A stretch of 63,695 nt of DNA, filler included, from Welwitschia mirabilis (taxonomy: Eukaryota): the NCBI GenBank assembly GCA_051453625.1. It is 6 parts of one record of this genome, joined end to end, with 100 filler letters (N's around TTAATTAATTAA, not from the genome) between each part and the next. Parts side by side here need not be neighbours in the genome. Positions count along the whole stretch, not along the records: positions 34,737 to 51,040 come from JBOZIK010000001.1; positions 51,141 to 59,235 come from JBOZIK010000001.1; 4 more parts are not named here. One strand, written 5' to 3'. Numbering within the stretch: the stretch's first letter is position 1; every line of letters starts with the position of its first letter. Below the pieces are notes generated by a model, which was given only the letters and a program-made list of their open reading frames with translations, did no database searches and was not told where the DNA came from. The translations under genes and the position numbers were made by a program. This document shows positions 38,995 through 54,000 of this stretch, in pieces.

Positions 38995-41897
38995 TGTTAA
39001 ATTACGTTTTGTCAATTGATGTGAAACTAATGTTTTCTGTCTAGCAAATTTTGTGTATTTTATGCAGAAGATGTTAATTACTTACAGGTTGAAAGATAAG
39101 ATCAAAACCATTAATTTTTGAGCATTAGGAACTTCTTAATTATTTTATCCTCTTGAGAGATCTACCAGACCTATAACCTTGAGAACTCATATTTTTAAAT
39201 AAATGGTAAGAGATTGATTAAATCTTTATGAGGTCAAATAGATTTGAGGAACTGATTGTCAAGGGGTTAACTGGATCTATGATGGGGTTGACCAGACTTG
39301 AGCACTATGTATTTGACACACTTGATCCAATCATCATAGGATTGATGTTGCGATGAAAATTTATGAAATTCTAAAGGTCTTTAGGTAAACCTGTAAATTA
39401 TATAACTTGCAAAAAACACATACTAGTATATATGGGAGTTCACCCAAATGTCATAATCCCAACGAAGGCACTAGGCTCAGAGTTAGAAAATTGATTTCCA
39501 CGGGTAGTTTTTGGTCTTTTATCTTTTACTAAATGAAAGTAAATAATAAATTAAATGCAATGCAAGATGAACGAAGATGAAATTNNNNNNNNNNNNNNNN
39601 NNNNNNNNNNNNNNNNNNNNNNNNNNNNNNNNNNNNNNNNNNNNNNNNNNNNNNNNNNNNNNNNNNNNNNNNNNNNNNNNNNNNATTCATATATCAAAAA
39701 ATCTAGTTCAACACTACAAAACAACGCATATTGAGATTAGATGTCGTTTCCTATAGGACCAAGTTGAAAAACAAAATGTCTTTATGAATTTTATAACTTT
39801 AGACTAGTAATTGGTGGATATTTTTATAAACACTTAAATTTTGATATTTTCTTCATCTCAAAAATGAACTGGGGGTTCTCTCACCGTCCTATGACTTATT
39901 ATAGAATGGTTGCCTAATATTTAATCGGTTGATTAGATGAGGTCAGTTAACTAATACAAAACTTGATCATCCATACACTTTAGGTTCTATAGCTGTCCCA
40001 ACAAAAGTATAACAATCTAATCTTGTTTTACTATTATACATTGATTCTCTCCTTTATTATTGATGTTAAAAAGGGGAAGAATTAGTTGTTTGTCTATTTG
40101 TTGAATGTTTAAATGTTTTCCTTATATTACACAAAGTTGTATTGTAATTGGCATTTCAAATCTTTTTATGCTTTTTCCAATCATATATGCTCAACATGTT
40201 TTTCTTTTAATATCATATATACTTAACTTAAAAATTTTAAAATCCTTTAACATTGAAAATAAATTATAATATGTGACATCTGATTACAATGTTAAATAAG
40301 TTTACATGATCACATTATGCTTATCATAAAGTTATGCCTTTTAAACTTATAAATATGCATATTAAATTGTTTTATTTAAAGCACAAAATTTGATTATTCA
40401 AAATTTCTTAACCTATTTAAAAATAAGCATTATTTCATAATAGGCATTTTATAAGAAGGAGCTTTTCTAAAGTTCTAATTCTTCACAACTAAGTACTATT
40501 TGCGATCAATATTAAAGGTGGAGATTATTAGATTATGTTTTTCTAATTAATGTCAAACTAATGTTTTTTGTATAGTAAATTTTATCTTATGTAAAAGATT
40601 TTAATTACATATAGGTTAAAAGATGAAACTAAAACCATTAATTTACAAGCACTAGAAATCTGTCAGTTCTTTTACCCTCTTCAGGGGTCTATCAGACCTG
40701 TAACCTCAAGAACTGGTGTCCCTGAACCAAATGACAAGGGGTTGACTGAATCTTTATGGGGTAGACTAGATTTGAAACTTAATAAATAGTACTCTTAAAC
40801 TGATTATCAAGGAGTCGACTGGACCTATGAAGGGGTCAACTAGACCTGAGCACTATGCAGTTGATACACTTGAGCTAATCATCATGGAGTCGACCGAATA
40901 CCTAAAGGGGTTAACTAAATCTAATGTTGCAAACCGGAAAGAATTTTATCAGGAGGAGTAGTTGAATACATCATGTAGTAAGTGACCAGACTGGGGTCAA
41001 CCAGACCCAGATGGGGTTGACTAGACATGGAGCCATAAAAATTTAGGATAATCAAAATTCTTACTCATATGACCTATGTAAGTCACAGCACCAGATGGAG
41101 TTGAATAGACTTTTGAGGGGCAGACTAGACAGAATGAAAGTAAAATTTTTTAATCATTATATATCCATTATGTAGTAGTTTGGTAGCCATTTTCTAGCCA
41201 TTTATAGCTATTGGAATCGCATTTCAAATGTAATAAACCCTAAAAGACCTTAAATATAAATAGCTAGGACATAGATAATTAAAGAATCTTTTGAAATGAT
41301 TTTTATTTGGATGAATCTATTGGATCTAAAGGATCAAGCATTGTAATCTTATAACTTTTATTGTTGTATCTTGGTATCTATACTTCTGACTGAAGAAGAT
41401 CTATTGAGAGCTTCATTTATTTTTACATCTACAGGAATAGAGCTCCATCAAATATACTAAATAAAGAATGAGTGATATCTATGCTCTATTGGTATCATTA
41501 CATCACTACTTTGCTTTGTGAAATATTAAGACTAAGCCTCGAAAAGTATGTATAAAGGTTAAGACTAAGCATGGAAAAGTCTATTTGTAAAGATTACAAG
41601 TGAACTTGAAATACCTGGTGGAGTAATGAAGATTTAAGATTTAGCTTGGGCATAAGCTAATCATTGAGAGTGGAGTGGGATGTTTCTTGAGTTACTGTAA
41701 ATTCGATGTGCATCCATTTGGTATTTTTGTGCTTCTAGTCATTAGTTCTTTACTTTTATTAATTTTTGATTTCATGCACATTTTGGATTAGATAATTATT
41801 GTATACAAGTTTTGTTTAAGATTGAATTCATTTATATTGTATTGCATCTTTTTAAAAGAACCTATTCACCCTGCCTCTAGGATTCTTAATCCTATCA
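38995..41897 (+). mobile_element. Sirevirus element SIRE-2, internally deleted
   Basis: 5' LTR starts tgttaaattacg at 38995. Multiple PPT-like tracts at 40068-40080, 40452-40462 and 40514-40525. 3' LTR 40526-41897 has ATTCACCCTGCCTCTAGG and a CTATCA end. TSD caggt/taggt. Confidence 0.8.
39346..39710 (-). repeat. Athila-family LTR fragment inserted in the SIRE-2 5' LTR
   Basis: Starts TGTTGCGATG and is colinear with 29138-29425. Confidence 0.8.
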
Positions 41898-44800
41898 TAG
41901 GTTTCTTAGCCACCATCATGAAATACTCTTTGTCTCTAGTGTAAGATTCAAATGTAAAATTCTCTAATATGGATAAAAACATACCTTTAATATTTTGATC
42001 ATAATGTTTGCATATAGAATCAAAATTATTATTATAATCTCATTTTAAAAATATTTAAAAGAGCTCTTTATTATAAGCACTTTATTATTTTGATCAAAGT
42101 TGTAACTAGAAGTAGATTGAAATTAGAACTCTTTTTCAATGTATCCAAATATTTTAGCAAATTTTAATATCATATTTATCATGATGGTCTTGTACAATCT
42201 TAGTTTTCAGGGTAGTTAAAATATATAATTTACTTTTTCATTTCTCTTTAATCATACATAAGTTTTGATTTAACTAGAAATCATGTTAATCAATTTTAAG
42301 TAAAATGTTAGGTCAGTGCTATATGATAAAGAGAATTAGGACATATGACTTACAAGTTTTAGAATAGAGTCAAGTATGAAAGTATTTGAATAAATCACCT
42401 AGATTACCATCCTATATAGCCTAAAATTTTTGTAAGACTTCAAAGGTAGATTAAGAATGATGAAAAGATTTCTACAAGAATTCTTATTTGCATAAATTAA
42501 AAACTTACATAGCATTATAAATGGGAATGTTCATGATACTACATAGTTAGTATTTTAACTTTTATAAAGAATTAATATAAATCTAATATAGAATTTATTC
42601 ATGTAGTGAGAAAAATTATTTCAAATTAAAATGCAACATGAAAACATATTTATTACAAAGTGGTGTTAATTGTAATAGTAAAATGTAAATGTTAAGTAAA
42701 TTAGATGGTAACCTAGTATCACTCCTTCCATAGGGATATTTGTGATAAAGTAATCAAAATTAATACAATTATTGTAGCTTGTAATAAAATTAAATAAATA
42801 GAAAATCTAAGTGTTTGAAATGTTTTTAGTGAACTAAGTTTGGTGACATAAGAAGATGGATATGCTTTAGAGGTTTATCTTGGCTTATTTAATAATCTAA
42901 CTTTGCTTCAATTATTCTTGTAATTATTGAAACATTAAACTTTAAATATTGAAGTTATGGTGGGTTAGATGTGATGATATAAACACATTCATCACTTAAT
43001 TATTAGTGAATTTAATAGTCACTTTGGTCCTTCATAGTTCTTTAGAAACATAGAAAGTAAGCATAATTATCTTTAAGATCTATAACATGATAATGACTAA
43101 AACTGAAAAGTAAACTTGGAGAGTTCACTTAGTCTTAAAGATCTTGATGATATAGTCTCATATAAATATTATACATTAAATACTAAACAACTACTATGGT
43201 ATTGAAAATAAGAAAGAATCTCATTTAAAGATTACTAGTACTATGTTAATGTGCACTACAAATAAAAGAATGAATAATTGTTCCTTGTGTTAATTCATAT
43301 AATACATTATCTCAGGAGAGAAGTATGAAGTTAGAATGAACTCCTTAAACTATCTGTGTATCAAGTTCACTTCCAAGGAATGTGGCTAAAAACCCATGAT
43401 GTCTCAACTCTTCGAATATTTACACCATGATTTTCTAATCAAATATGTTTACCAATAAGTTCCCAAGGCTCTTTTATAGATGAGGAAAGAATTAGGTATA
43501 TTTGGATTATACTAATTAATGGGTAGTTACATAAGAGGGGTTACACTTTTGGGCGATTGTTTAAGGAAGAGGACATAAATTTTATCATGTATCTCTAAGA
43601 AGGATTTCTTGTTTTACAATGTAAGAGAGATGAATGGCCTTTGGACGATGATGTAGCTACAACTAGGTGCTATGCCATGTGTCCTTTACATCATTATCCT
43701 TGTCAATACCACATGTTCCTATGATATGTTATCTTATACTTCTATCATGCATTATTGAAGTTAAAGGTTTACTTTAATTTAATATCTAATTGAGCTCATA
43801 AGTGGAATGTAAAGAATTTTTTATAAAGATGTGAGAATGTGACAATAAACTTGCTCTACCCTAAAAGACCAAAAGTAGTAGTGAACTAAATGGCAATGTT
43901 AACATTTTCTATTAGGTGTTCCTCAAATTGTAGAATGTCTTCTAGAAAGTAGTAATAAATCTAAAAAATGTTATGGAAAGTTTCATACTTTTATGAAACA
44001 TGATAAAATAGGAAAAATACATCATTTTATGATTAAATAACTAATTTAATATATTTATCTATGTAAAATTGATTAAATATGTTTGCTTGATATGTCTTTT
44101 TGGCATGTAAACAAACTCTCAAGTAGACTTTTTCTAGTCTCTTAGAAAAAAGTTAATAAAGAAATGATCAACATGGAAAAAATGTCTAAGTGAAATATTT
44201 AAGTATGAAAATTATATAACTTTGTAAAATTTTTAATCAAGTTATAAAAATTAGGCATTAAAATTAGAACAATACTATAAAAAATGGATGTCATACCTCT
44301 TAATCAAAATTTAACTTTATCTTTAAAACTAAATACATATAAAAATTGAATTAAATTACTTTAAGAAAAATTTAAAGTATTTTGAAAAGAAAATTTTACA
44401 TTCCATGACATTTCATACAATAAGCTAGAAATATATTTCTCTGTAAGTACTTTAAAACCTTATAAAAATGATAATGTAAAAACTTTAAACTGGCATGAAA
44501 ACATTTTATTACAATACACTTGAAAAAAGCAAAAAGTAAAATACTCTTAGAAATAATGATCAATTACTTATTTGAAAAATTAGGATTATTATGAACATTA
44601 GAAATATGGAAGTAGATGTGAAAATCAAAAGATATGGGAAAAATATGATGGTAAATATAAATTATAATTAATATCTAAAAAATTTTAATAAGATCCAAAA
44701 ATCTAAAAAAACTATAAATGAGATGGGTATTATTACAGAAGAGTTTAAAAGTAAAAATTGGGAAATTGATGATAGCACTAGTAAGAACTAAGAGTAATGC

Positions 44801-47800
44801 CACCTATTTTGGGATTCTACAAGTGAGATTGTAACATGTTTTATTAGTCAAAATGATATTTCTTTATGTTATAGGCTAAATTCAATAGGGAATGGAGTGA
44901 ATAAATTAGGGATGAAATGAAAATTTTCACTACATGAAGAAAAACTCATTATGACTAGAAATTTTATTTATAATTAATGCTAATAAAAATGAAAACTAAT
45001 CTAAACATATATGAATCTAAAAAGTAAAATGCCTGAGACAATGGCCACTTTATTAAAATTTTTATGCATTCCATGTTTAATTAAATGAATCATAATAACA
45101 AAGCATATATCCTTTAAGTAAACCTATAAAATCTAAAAATTAATTAGCGAATTTTCAAGAATATAAATTAAAGAAGTTAAAAAAAAAGCATATCCAAATC
45201 CCACTTTTTATTTTTAATTTTTAACTTATTCACAATCATACATGTTCTTGGTTTCAAAAATTTAGATCAAATTGAGCATCTAGTATTATGCCATCTTTTT
45301 CCACTAGAATTAAGCATTTTGTTTCATGAAGAAGTTAGTGCTGCATTGCCAATGAGCATTTATAGCCTTAATGTAATTGGACATGTCATAAAGATATCAT
45401 TAGAGCTACATTACCACTAAGCGTTCATAACCTAGATGTAATTAACTAAATCTAATTTAATTGATCAAATTATAATGTGCTTTTGAAGAAGAGATATTTT
45501 ATATTCTTTTGTTTTCTACTTCTCATATTTAATATTTCTTTTTTATGTACATAAGAGGGGTTATTAACTTATTAGCCTAATCAAGAACACTCTTGTCCAC
45601 ATAAAATGCTTTAAAAACATGAAACATATTATAAAACTAGATTCCACCTTTTTTAGCCACGTTTTCCAAGGTACTTGAAGTAAAACTAATCTTAATAAGA
45701 TATCTCAAAAATAAGAAAAAATTTTCTTGAAAAATACAAGTAAAATAAATTTTACCTAACTAATAATGACACTGCAATCACTTATTACATGTTTATTTGT
45801 TATAGGGTTATTAACTACGGTTATTAAGTATTAAGAACTCATACATGAATGGATAGAAAGAATGGTTGATAAGCTTTATTAGGTAGTGGCAAGTTGAAAT
45901 AGGTGGATAATAGAGTTTAAGGTAATATTAGCTTATTTTATAGTAGGTGTTAAGTTTGAGATATCTTAAATGAAAGAAAAACATAGTTTAAAGAAAAATA
46001 TAAACTAAAAGCATGGAATGGAACTAAAAATTTTACAAGGGATTTTTCAAAGTAGCTTATGTGCTAAGGCTCAAGATGATAATGAATGCAAAGGTTGGGT
46101 GATGAGTTGAGATTATGTAAAGCATTCTAAGTTGGAAGAGAATCCATGTAAAATTTTACACATGATTCTATAAAATTAGGAAAAATGTTAGTACAAGCAA
46201 AAAAATTTACATGTTTAAAATAAGAAATAGTTCATCCTTTAGCTTGTTCATGTTTATTTAATAATCCATGTAACACATCATTTTGAGATATAAGACAAGG
46301 ATGAATTAAAGAGTATTAATGAAGATGAATGTTCATTGAAAAAATTATTTGAAGACGGTTCTAAAGCTAAAGAAGATTTATCTTTTTTATTAAGGCTTGG
46401 ATCTTATTTAGAAGATTAAAATAAAGATAAAACAGTTTATTTATGAAGTTGTTAAGAAAATGATGCAGATTTCTCATTGGATTAGCCAAATATGAGCCTT
46501 TTACTAATGTTATTTTCTTCATTAGATTGCTAGGAGATTCTTCCTCATGTTTTGGTACAAGAAGTAATAAATGTAAATTAAAGAGATGTTTTTTTTAATG
46601 TTTTTTAATGACTCATCCTCTATTATGTAACTCTCTAAGGTATAACCTTTTTTAAATGATTGCTTATTTTTAAAGATTGTTCATCGTACATTGCATTTAA
46701 TACTCCCTTAAATTAGTGCATTTTTACAAATGATGAATCATTCTCTAGTGAATTTTAAACTTAAGATCCTCATTGGCTTTTCTCTCATTCCTTAAGGATA
46801 TGTCTTGGATATCATTGATTCTACTATTATCAATCACTTCAAGGTTTTTAATATTCTTGGATTCATGGAATGTAGGAATATCTTCCTCTTCTTATTAGTT
46901 AAAAACAAGTTAATTATTAGGTTTACTATGATTTAAAGAAGCAATGATTTATTGTATTACTTAGAGTTGGGTTTGGTAACTTGTACAAGGTCACTCAAGA
47001 GGGATGGATGTTGATTAAGAGTTTGCTAATGATTATGATTAAATTGAGCTTGGAACTCCATGAATCTTGTTAATGATTTTTTCAATGGAGTAGATGAAGG
47101 AGATTATTATTGGTTGTATGAGTAAGGATAAAGGATGAAAAAAGTAGAAGCAAAGATAAAGAAAAAGAATAAAATGATGAATAATAAGGTTTATAAGGGG
47201 TGGTAAAAGACATGATATTAAACTAATCATATGGAAAATAAGGGTTTTCAAACTCAAGGTAAGGAGTTTAATCTATATGTGAAGGATTTTCTAGAATTCA
47301 GATATATTCTTCAAAGGTTCATCTAGTGTTAAAAGGATATAGTAGTTTAGACCAATAAGAACTATTATAATGATTTTCAAGGTAGTCCCATATAGTATGT
47401 TTAGATTAAATGTAATATTCTATACTCTATTTAGATTGATCATGATTAGGTAAGCTATAGGAATTTCCACTATTCTCACAAATAAATTGAGGTTCAAAAG
47501 CAATTTTTTACATTATACTAAATGAATCACATGCATAACCCATGTTAACTTTCAAAAAATAGTTAGTAAATATGATGAAAAGGTTGCATTTTTATAAATT
47601 TTATAGTTTTCAAAGGTGATCCAATATTGAAAAGGGTTCAAAAGATCTAAAGGCAGTTTTGAGAATTTTTGAAAGGTTTCTAAGTAATAAGACTAGTAGT
47701 GCTAGAAAGGGAAGCTAATGACACTAGTTGTCTGAGATAAAAAGGATAAAATAAAGGATGAAGTTATGTTCTAGGCTATGATAAATGTTTTAGATTATAG

Positions 47801-47802
47801 AC

Positions 47803-49061
47803 TGTTGTGGTGTGTATTTGTGTAAGTGCTTAAGTTCAAAAGGATTCTATCATTTATAAAATAAATAGATATCTCACACAATATAGCATGCTAGTATGAG
47901 TGGGACTAGACTCAAAATATGGTATTCTTATTGAATACTATGAGACGAGTCTAATAAAGAACAATATAAGAAATGAAAGATATAATATAAATTCAATATG
48001 TAACTTAATATAACATGCAATATAAAAATGGAACTAATACTACTTGCTTTCAGCCTTAATTAAGGCTGCATTTGATAATCTATATCACCTAAGAAATCGT
48101 CACCAAATCAAGGACAACATAGACTATAAGGGTCATCAGAAAATATACAATGCAAACATGAAAATAAAACAAATTTTATATTAAGAATGAGTAACAAGCA
48201 TCTGGGTTATAAAATATCCAAGCCTCAATGGAGGATACACAACCCTCCATCAAGGGCACATCTTTATGAAACACTCAAGATGAATCTTCCATCCTTCGAT
48301 CTCTTGTCATGAGANNNNNNNNNNNNNNNNNNNNNNNNNNNNNNNNNNNNNNNNNNNNNNNNNNNNNNNNNNNNNNNNNNNNNNNNNNNNNNNNNNNNNN
48401 NNNNNNNNNNNNNNCATCTGGGTTATAAAATATCCAAGCCTCAATGGAGGATACACACCCCTCCATCAAGGGCACATCTTTATGAAACACTCAAGATGAA
48501 TCTTCCATCCTTCGATCTCTTGTCATGAGAATTTTTGGTGCAACAAAGATGAGAAGGAGAATCAAAGGATGAATTATTTATAACAACTTATAGCAAAAAG
48601 TAACAAATGGAAGGCATGGTAAGACATACTCTTTTACATAAATGAAATAGATGAAATGGTTAAGGGTCATTGTCAAAGCCAGTTACATGTCAGCGTCATC
48701 TAGACTATTAGCTCATTATAAAAAATGACTCAGAATGATGACTTAGTAGTGATTCAACAGTCCACGTTAGTAACCAGCAGTGTCAGTAACTAGCAATGTC
48801 ATTGTCTTACCTGTCATGGGGACGATAGAGGGGATGACAGTCTTATTAATCATATTTTTAAGAAGAAACTTAGTATTTTTATTAGTAATCCTTCTATAAA
48901 TCTTTGTGCATCATCATGCACCTTTAACACATCAAATCTAGATAAGAAATGTGTGTTAACAAGATTTCCTACTATATCTTCAAAATTCTTAGAATTGCAC
49001 CTAAACTTATGTAAATGCCATACAAAACCCTATCAAATAATCATAAATTGATAGTACAACA
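47803..49061 (-). repeat. 3' LTR of Athila-like element C
   Basis: tgttgtggtg...tagtacaaca termini, PPT-like at 49062-49076. Shares gtgtatcctccattgagg with the LTR at 61016. Confidence 0.75.
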
Positions 49062-51084
49062 TAGCCTTCAAATTAGCCCTTGTCAATTCCTAATAAAAAC
49101 CAAGTAAAAAACCATAATTGTGAGCCAATTTTTTTTCAAAAGATAAATGTAGAAATTATAAAATCGGCTCATAAAATACACACATAGATAAATAACAAGT
49201 AATGCATAATGTATATGGAAATTTTGAAACTTTTATCTCATAAATAGATCTAAATTTTTTTTTTAATAAATTAGCCATGAAAATGGATCTCTACTGCCCT
49301 TTAAAGAAAAAACAATACATTGCATATTGGAAAATAAAGCAAAAAGAGTAAACAAGAGTGAGAAGGCNNNNNNNNNNAATTCAAGTAAAAAAAGACAACT
49401 TTCTAAAATGAAGTGCAAAGCTAAGTAATGTCAGATTTAAAAAATATATATCTATGAAATATTTTGATAAGTAGGAAAAAAAGAGTGGACAATAAAAAAT
49501 GTTTCATCATAAAAATGATTACAAGTAGTGCTTATAAAACCAAAAATAAAATTTAATAATAAAATTCAAGTAAGCAAGAAATTTACTTTTATTAAAAACC
49601 AAATAAGAAAAATATGATGATAAGAAAATATGATAATAACTTTAAAATAACTAATAAAACTACACAAGAAAATAAAATAATGGGCATAATGTAATAAAAA
49701 TAAAATATAGCTCACTAATATAATATTTTAACCTATCAGACTATATGAAACAAATCATAACATCACTTGATGTGAAAATGCATGACTTAATGTATGAAAA
49801 ATTCCATTCAATAAAGTAGTGATTATGGAAATGCTAAAGATAAAATGAATGATTATACTAAAGAATTGCTTAAAAATGAACTCACATATCATCATCTCAA
49901 AACAAACACGTAAAACTTAAGAAATGAAAGAAGCATGTGGAATAGACTAAGAGTCTAGAAAACAAGCAATGCCTCTAATGACACCAGTAACACCACTAAT
50001 TCCATAGCCTCAAAGTTAAATACAACTTTATTATCCATAATGAAGGGAGTGTAAACATAGTTAGAGAAGTAAAGACCTATGAAGGATGGCCAACTAACCT
50101 CATAGTAGAGTTCTCACAGCTACCATATTACACTGCTAAAGGATCTTTTTGGAAAAATTTGCCCTTGTGTACTTGTGGTAGGACGTCATGGTCATCATGC
50201 TTTTAAAATATGACAAATAAAACATCATGGCCTTATTTTACCTCTTTTATTTGTTTTTTTTAAAAACAAAACAACATTCCAAATGACCAAATATTTCAAA
50301 AGACAAAGGTAAAAGTTATAAGATAAAGACAAAAAAGAACACTCTTAAATAATATAAGACCTTTTTCACCATTGAGAAAAAAATGCATCTTTCTATAAAC
50401 TAAAGGTTATGGATGTCTAAATGTTATATGATTGGGTGCATCCAATCTTATCACTAAAATACCCAAGTCAAAAGACTAGTTATGGATATAAGTACATAAG
50501 TCAAGTTTGAAAAATGATCAACTAATGTCATAATAANNNNNNNNNNNNNNNNNNNNNNNNNNNNNNNNNNNNNNNNNNNNNNNNNNNNNNNNNNNNNNNN
50601 NNNNNNNNNNNNNNNNNNNNNNNNNNNNNNNNNNNNTATGACAAATAAAACATCATGACCTTATTTTACCTCTTTTATTTATTTATTTTTAAAAACAAAA
50701 CAACATTCCAAATGACCAAATATTTCAAAAGACAAAGGTAAAAGTTATAAGATAAAGACAGAAAAGAATACTCTTAAATAATATAAGATCTTTTTTACCA
50801 TTGAGGAAAAAAAAGGCATCTTCCTATAAACTAAAGGTTATGGATGTCTAAATGTTATATGATTAGGTGCATCCAATCTTATCACTAAAATACCCAAGTT
50901 AAAAGACTAGTTATGGATATAAGTACATAAGTCAAGTTTGAAAAATGATCAACTAATGTCATAATAACCTACAAAAAAAAAGGCTAAGAGCAAATTCAAA
51001 TAGTTTGCTTGTGAAATTCCAAATTTTATTCATTAACTTTNNNNNNNNNNNNNNNNNNNNNNNNNNNNNNNNNNNNNNNNNNNN

Positions 51085-51096
51085 TTAATTAATTAA
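51085..51096. other. Artificial scaffold linker TTAATTAATTAA
   Basis: Centred in the N block 51041-51140. Confidence 0.95.
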
Positions 51097-54000
51097 NNNN
51101 NNNNNNNNNNNNNNNNNNNNNNNNNNNNNNNNNNNNNNNNTTAAAAATTGTTTTTAAGTACTTATTAAGAAAGTCAACTGAGATAAAAAATGAAAGTGAT
51201 AAGAGAAGAGATACTAGACAGAGAATATGAATAGAATAAAGAATTTTTTTATTATTCTTTTAAATTCTTTTCTTCTAACTTATAAAAGATCAGCTCCTAC
51301 GAGAAAATTTAATTTTTTATATAATCTTTGTAAGGAAAAAAATAAAAGAATAAAATAAAAATAAAAAGAAAGAAATAAAAGAAAGAAGAATAAGTAGTCC
51401 TTAGACTAATTTTTGTCAATCAAGTGCGAGGCATGATAAACACCAATCCATTAGTGATAAAAACAAAAAAGAAAAAGAAAAAAGCACCAAAAAAGAACTA
51501 GTGTAAGAGAAAAAGAAAAAAGGTAAAGAAAAACTAAAAAATAAAAATGATTATAGAAAAGTAAATATTGCACATGCTTCATTGTACCTACCATACCACT
51601 ATCCCTAATAACAGTGCAAAAAATCTATTCATGTTGAAATTTGGTTATGATTTTATCTATCAGTAATGTATGACAAATAGTAAGATCACCCTAAGAATGT
51701 AAATCTTGAGTGGTTAAACCCAAGTTTTACTAATAATATTAGGACTTTCATTTATACTATGATCTTAATGTTATTCTTTCACAAAGATAGATAATAAAAC
51801 CTATCAATAAAACAAGGACAATAATAATTAGTAATTAAATCAAAATTATATAAAATATTTAAAAATGGGACATAGCATTCAAACTAGCATAATAACTTCA
51901 TGTAAAAACATAAGTATTAAATTGAAATCATTTTGCTTTTACTTTTAGCTCAAACATAATGGTATAATCTCGTCCATCATCGACATGAGTGTTCATGTAG
52001 TTTCAGCTTAAGCATAATGAAATAATCTCATCCATCATAAACATATAGGTGATATATATAAGTCACCTAGCCTTTATAGTAAGACTAAAATAAGCATAGA
52101 AAGTAAGGTTCTTCTAAGATCCATTAAATAAACATTTAGGTTATGCAAGATAAAATGAAAAGAAGAATCATCAAAAAAGTCTTAAAGTAAAATCATGCCT
52201 TAGTCAATCCCAAGTATGACATGTATGAAACAATTATAACTTGATATCAAAGTAATGGACTAAGAACATGTAATAATTTATTTCAGAAAAGTAAAAGGAT
52301 ACAATCTATAATTCATGCTAAACTAAGAAGCATCATGCTAGCTTAATATCTAGTCCATCCTTATGGGAGGATTAGAAAAATTCATGAGTAAAGCTTTAGT
52401 CTCTTATACAATGTAATAATGATATCATGTCCTCTAAGTGAACAGAGGTAACTTATTAATAGGCCAAATTTAGGGTTTACAATTAGGGCTATAAATGCCT
52501 AATGGATTTATTCCTTAGAATTCCCAAAGTATATGGGATTATCCTTTAGTTATGGAGCCAAATTGAGGGGTTCATCTTAGAAAATATTCTTTATTCATTT
52601 TTTTCTTGTGAAAACGATTAAAATATATTGGTTTCATTAAGAGAACTTAGGGACATAAGTACGATACTATTCTCATCAGAGAAACTATCACCACTTCCCT
52701 TATAACTAGTTTGCTACTAATAGTGCTTGACATACCTCCATATTCTACCATAATGCTCTAGATGATACATTTATCCTACAAAATGATAATGTTAAGGCAA
52801 ACTAGATTTCCATGGCCTTAATAGTAATAAATACATAAAACCATTGTAATAATCAATTAATCATGTTAGTAAGGCCTTAATTCCTTCATGTCAATGTTAA
52901 TTTTTATGTGCTATTAATAACATTATTAGATTTTTCTTTTTTAAATGGAAATTACTCAATCTAAGGTTAAAACTAAAAACATAACATAAGATACTTCCAA
53001 ATCATCTAAGTCATTTGAAGAAATGTTTCTATTTTTTCAAAGCTAAAAAGAGTTTCTTGAATAATAACCTTAATGGAATTTCTTCTTATTGACTTACATT
53101 ACTTTCACCAGATGATTCAATTCCTCCATCCTTTTTATGTTGTTGGTAGTGGAAGACATAATAATAAGGCTTACTATTTAGATAATTTTTATTTGATTTA
53201 AGTCCATTTTGAGAGTATACAAGCTAAGATCTAGTCTTGTTTGGATTGACTTAATTAAGCATGAATCTCTACTAAGTAAATCCTAAATGTATTTTATCTT
53301 ATTTTTTGTTTATATACTCTTTTGTTCTTTTAATGCTTGGAGATGAGAACTTTTACAAGACTCATAAAAGTATTTGTTGATCAAAATATTATACTTACTT
53401 CTAATCTTTTTATTGAATTCATTAGCTTTATCTTTCCAAAGTAAATCTAATGTTTGTTACTTGAAGAAACATAACAGAATCCTCACAAGAGACTAGCTAT
53501 GTAAGAGGGACTTCCAAGTTGAATTAGCATGTCTAATCTATTATTTATGTCCTGAAGATGCTAATCACTTCTTTTATTAATGCAAGTAGAGTGATCAATT
53601 GATGATAATTATGATGAATTGTTACAAGCACTGTAATGTATCTGATGCATGCAAGAATGATGGGACTTGACTGACTTATTGGCAAATATGGTGTACAAAA
53701 AATGACATGATTTTTAATAGCACTCCCCTCCCATTTACAATAAATATTACTAAGAGAATCAAATGCTATCACTCACAAATCAAAATAGCCATCGAAGTAA
53801 CTCCTAGTATAGAATTGTTTAATCCTAGTCTATTTAAGAAATGCCCTAAGTTGAGGGATAAGGTGTAAGCTATGAGATGGGGAGCCCTCTTGCATAAGCT
53901 CAAGGGAGAACCAAGGACTCATATTACCCCATTTTATAGAAAATAAAGAGGGTAGTAAACTATATCTAGGAGAATCTCCATCGAAATCACAAAAGACTCT

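Noticed and set aside
39712..39724. CACTACAAAAC as a CACTA left TIR (also cactacaaat at ~43254)
   Set aside because: No subterminal repeats, partner TIR or TSD nearby.
38550..42100. Copia RNase H relic on the minus strand flanking SIRE-2
   Set aside because: Only fragmentary motifs (ILRY-like, YYDN-like); too degraded to support.
46800..47700. Further gypsy gag relic on the minus strand
   Set aside because: Only vague similarity; could not anchor more than one motif.
1085..48490. Long ORFs in the track containing X runs (e.g. 3641-4525, 8954-9670, 13646-14191)
   Set aside because: They are open only because they read through N gaps.
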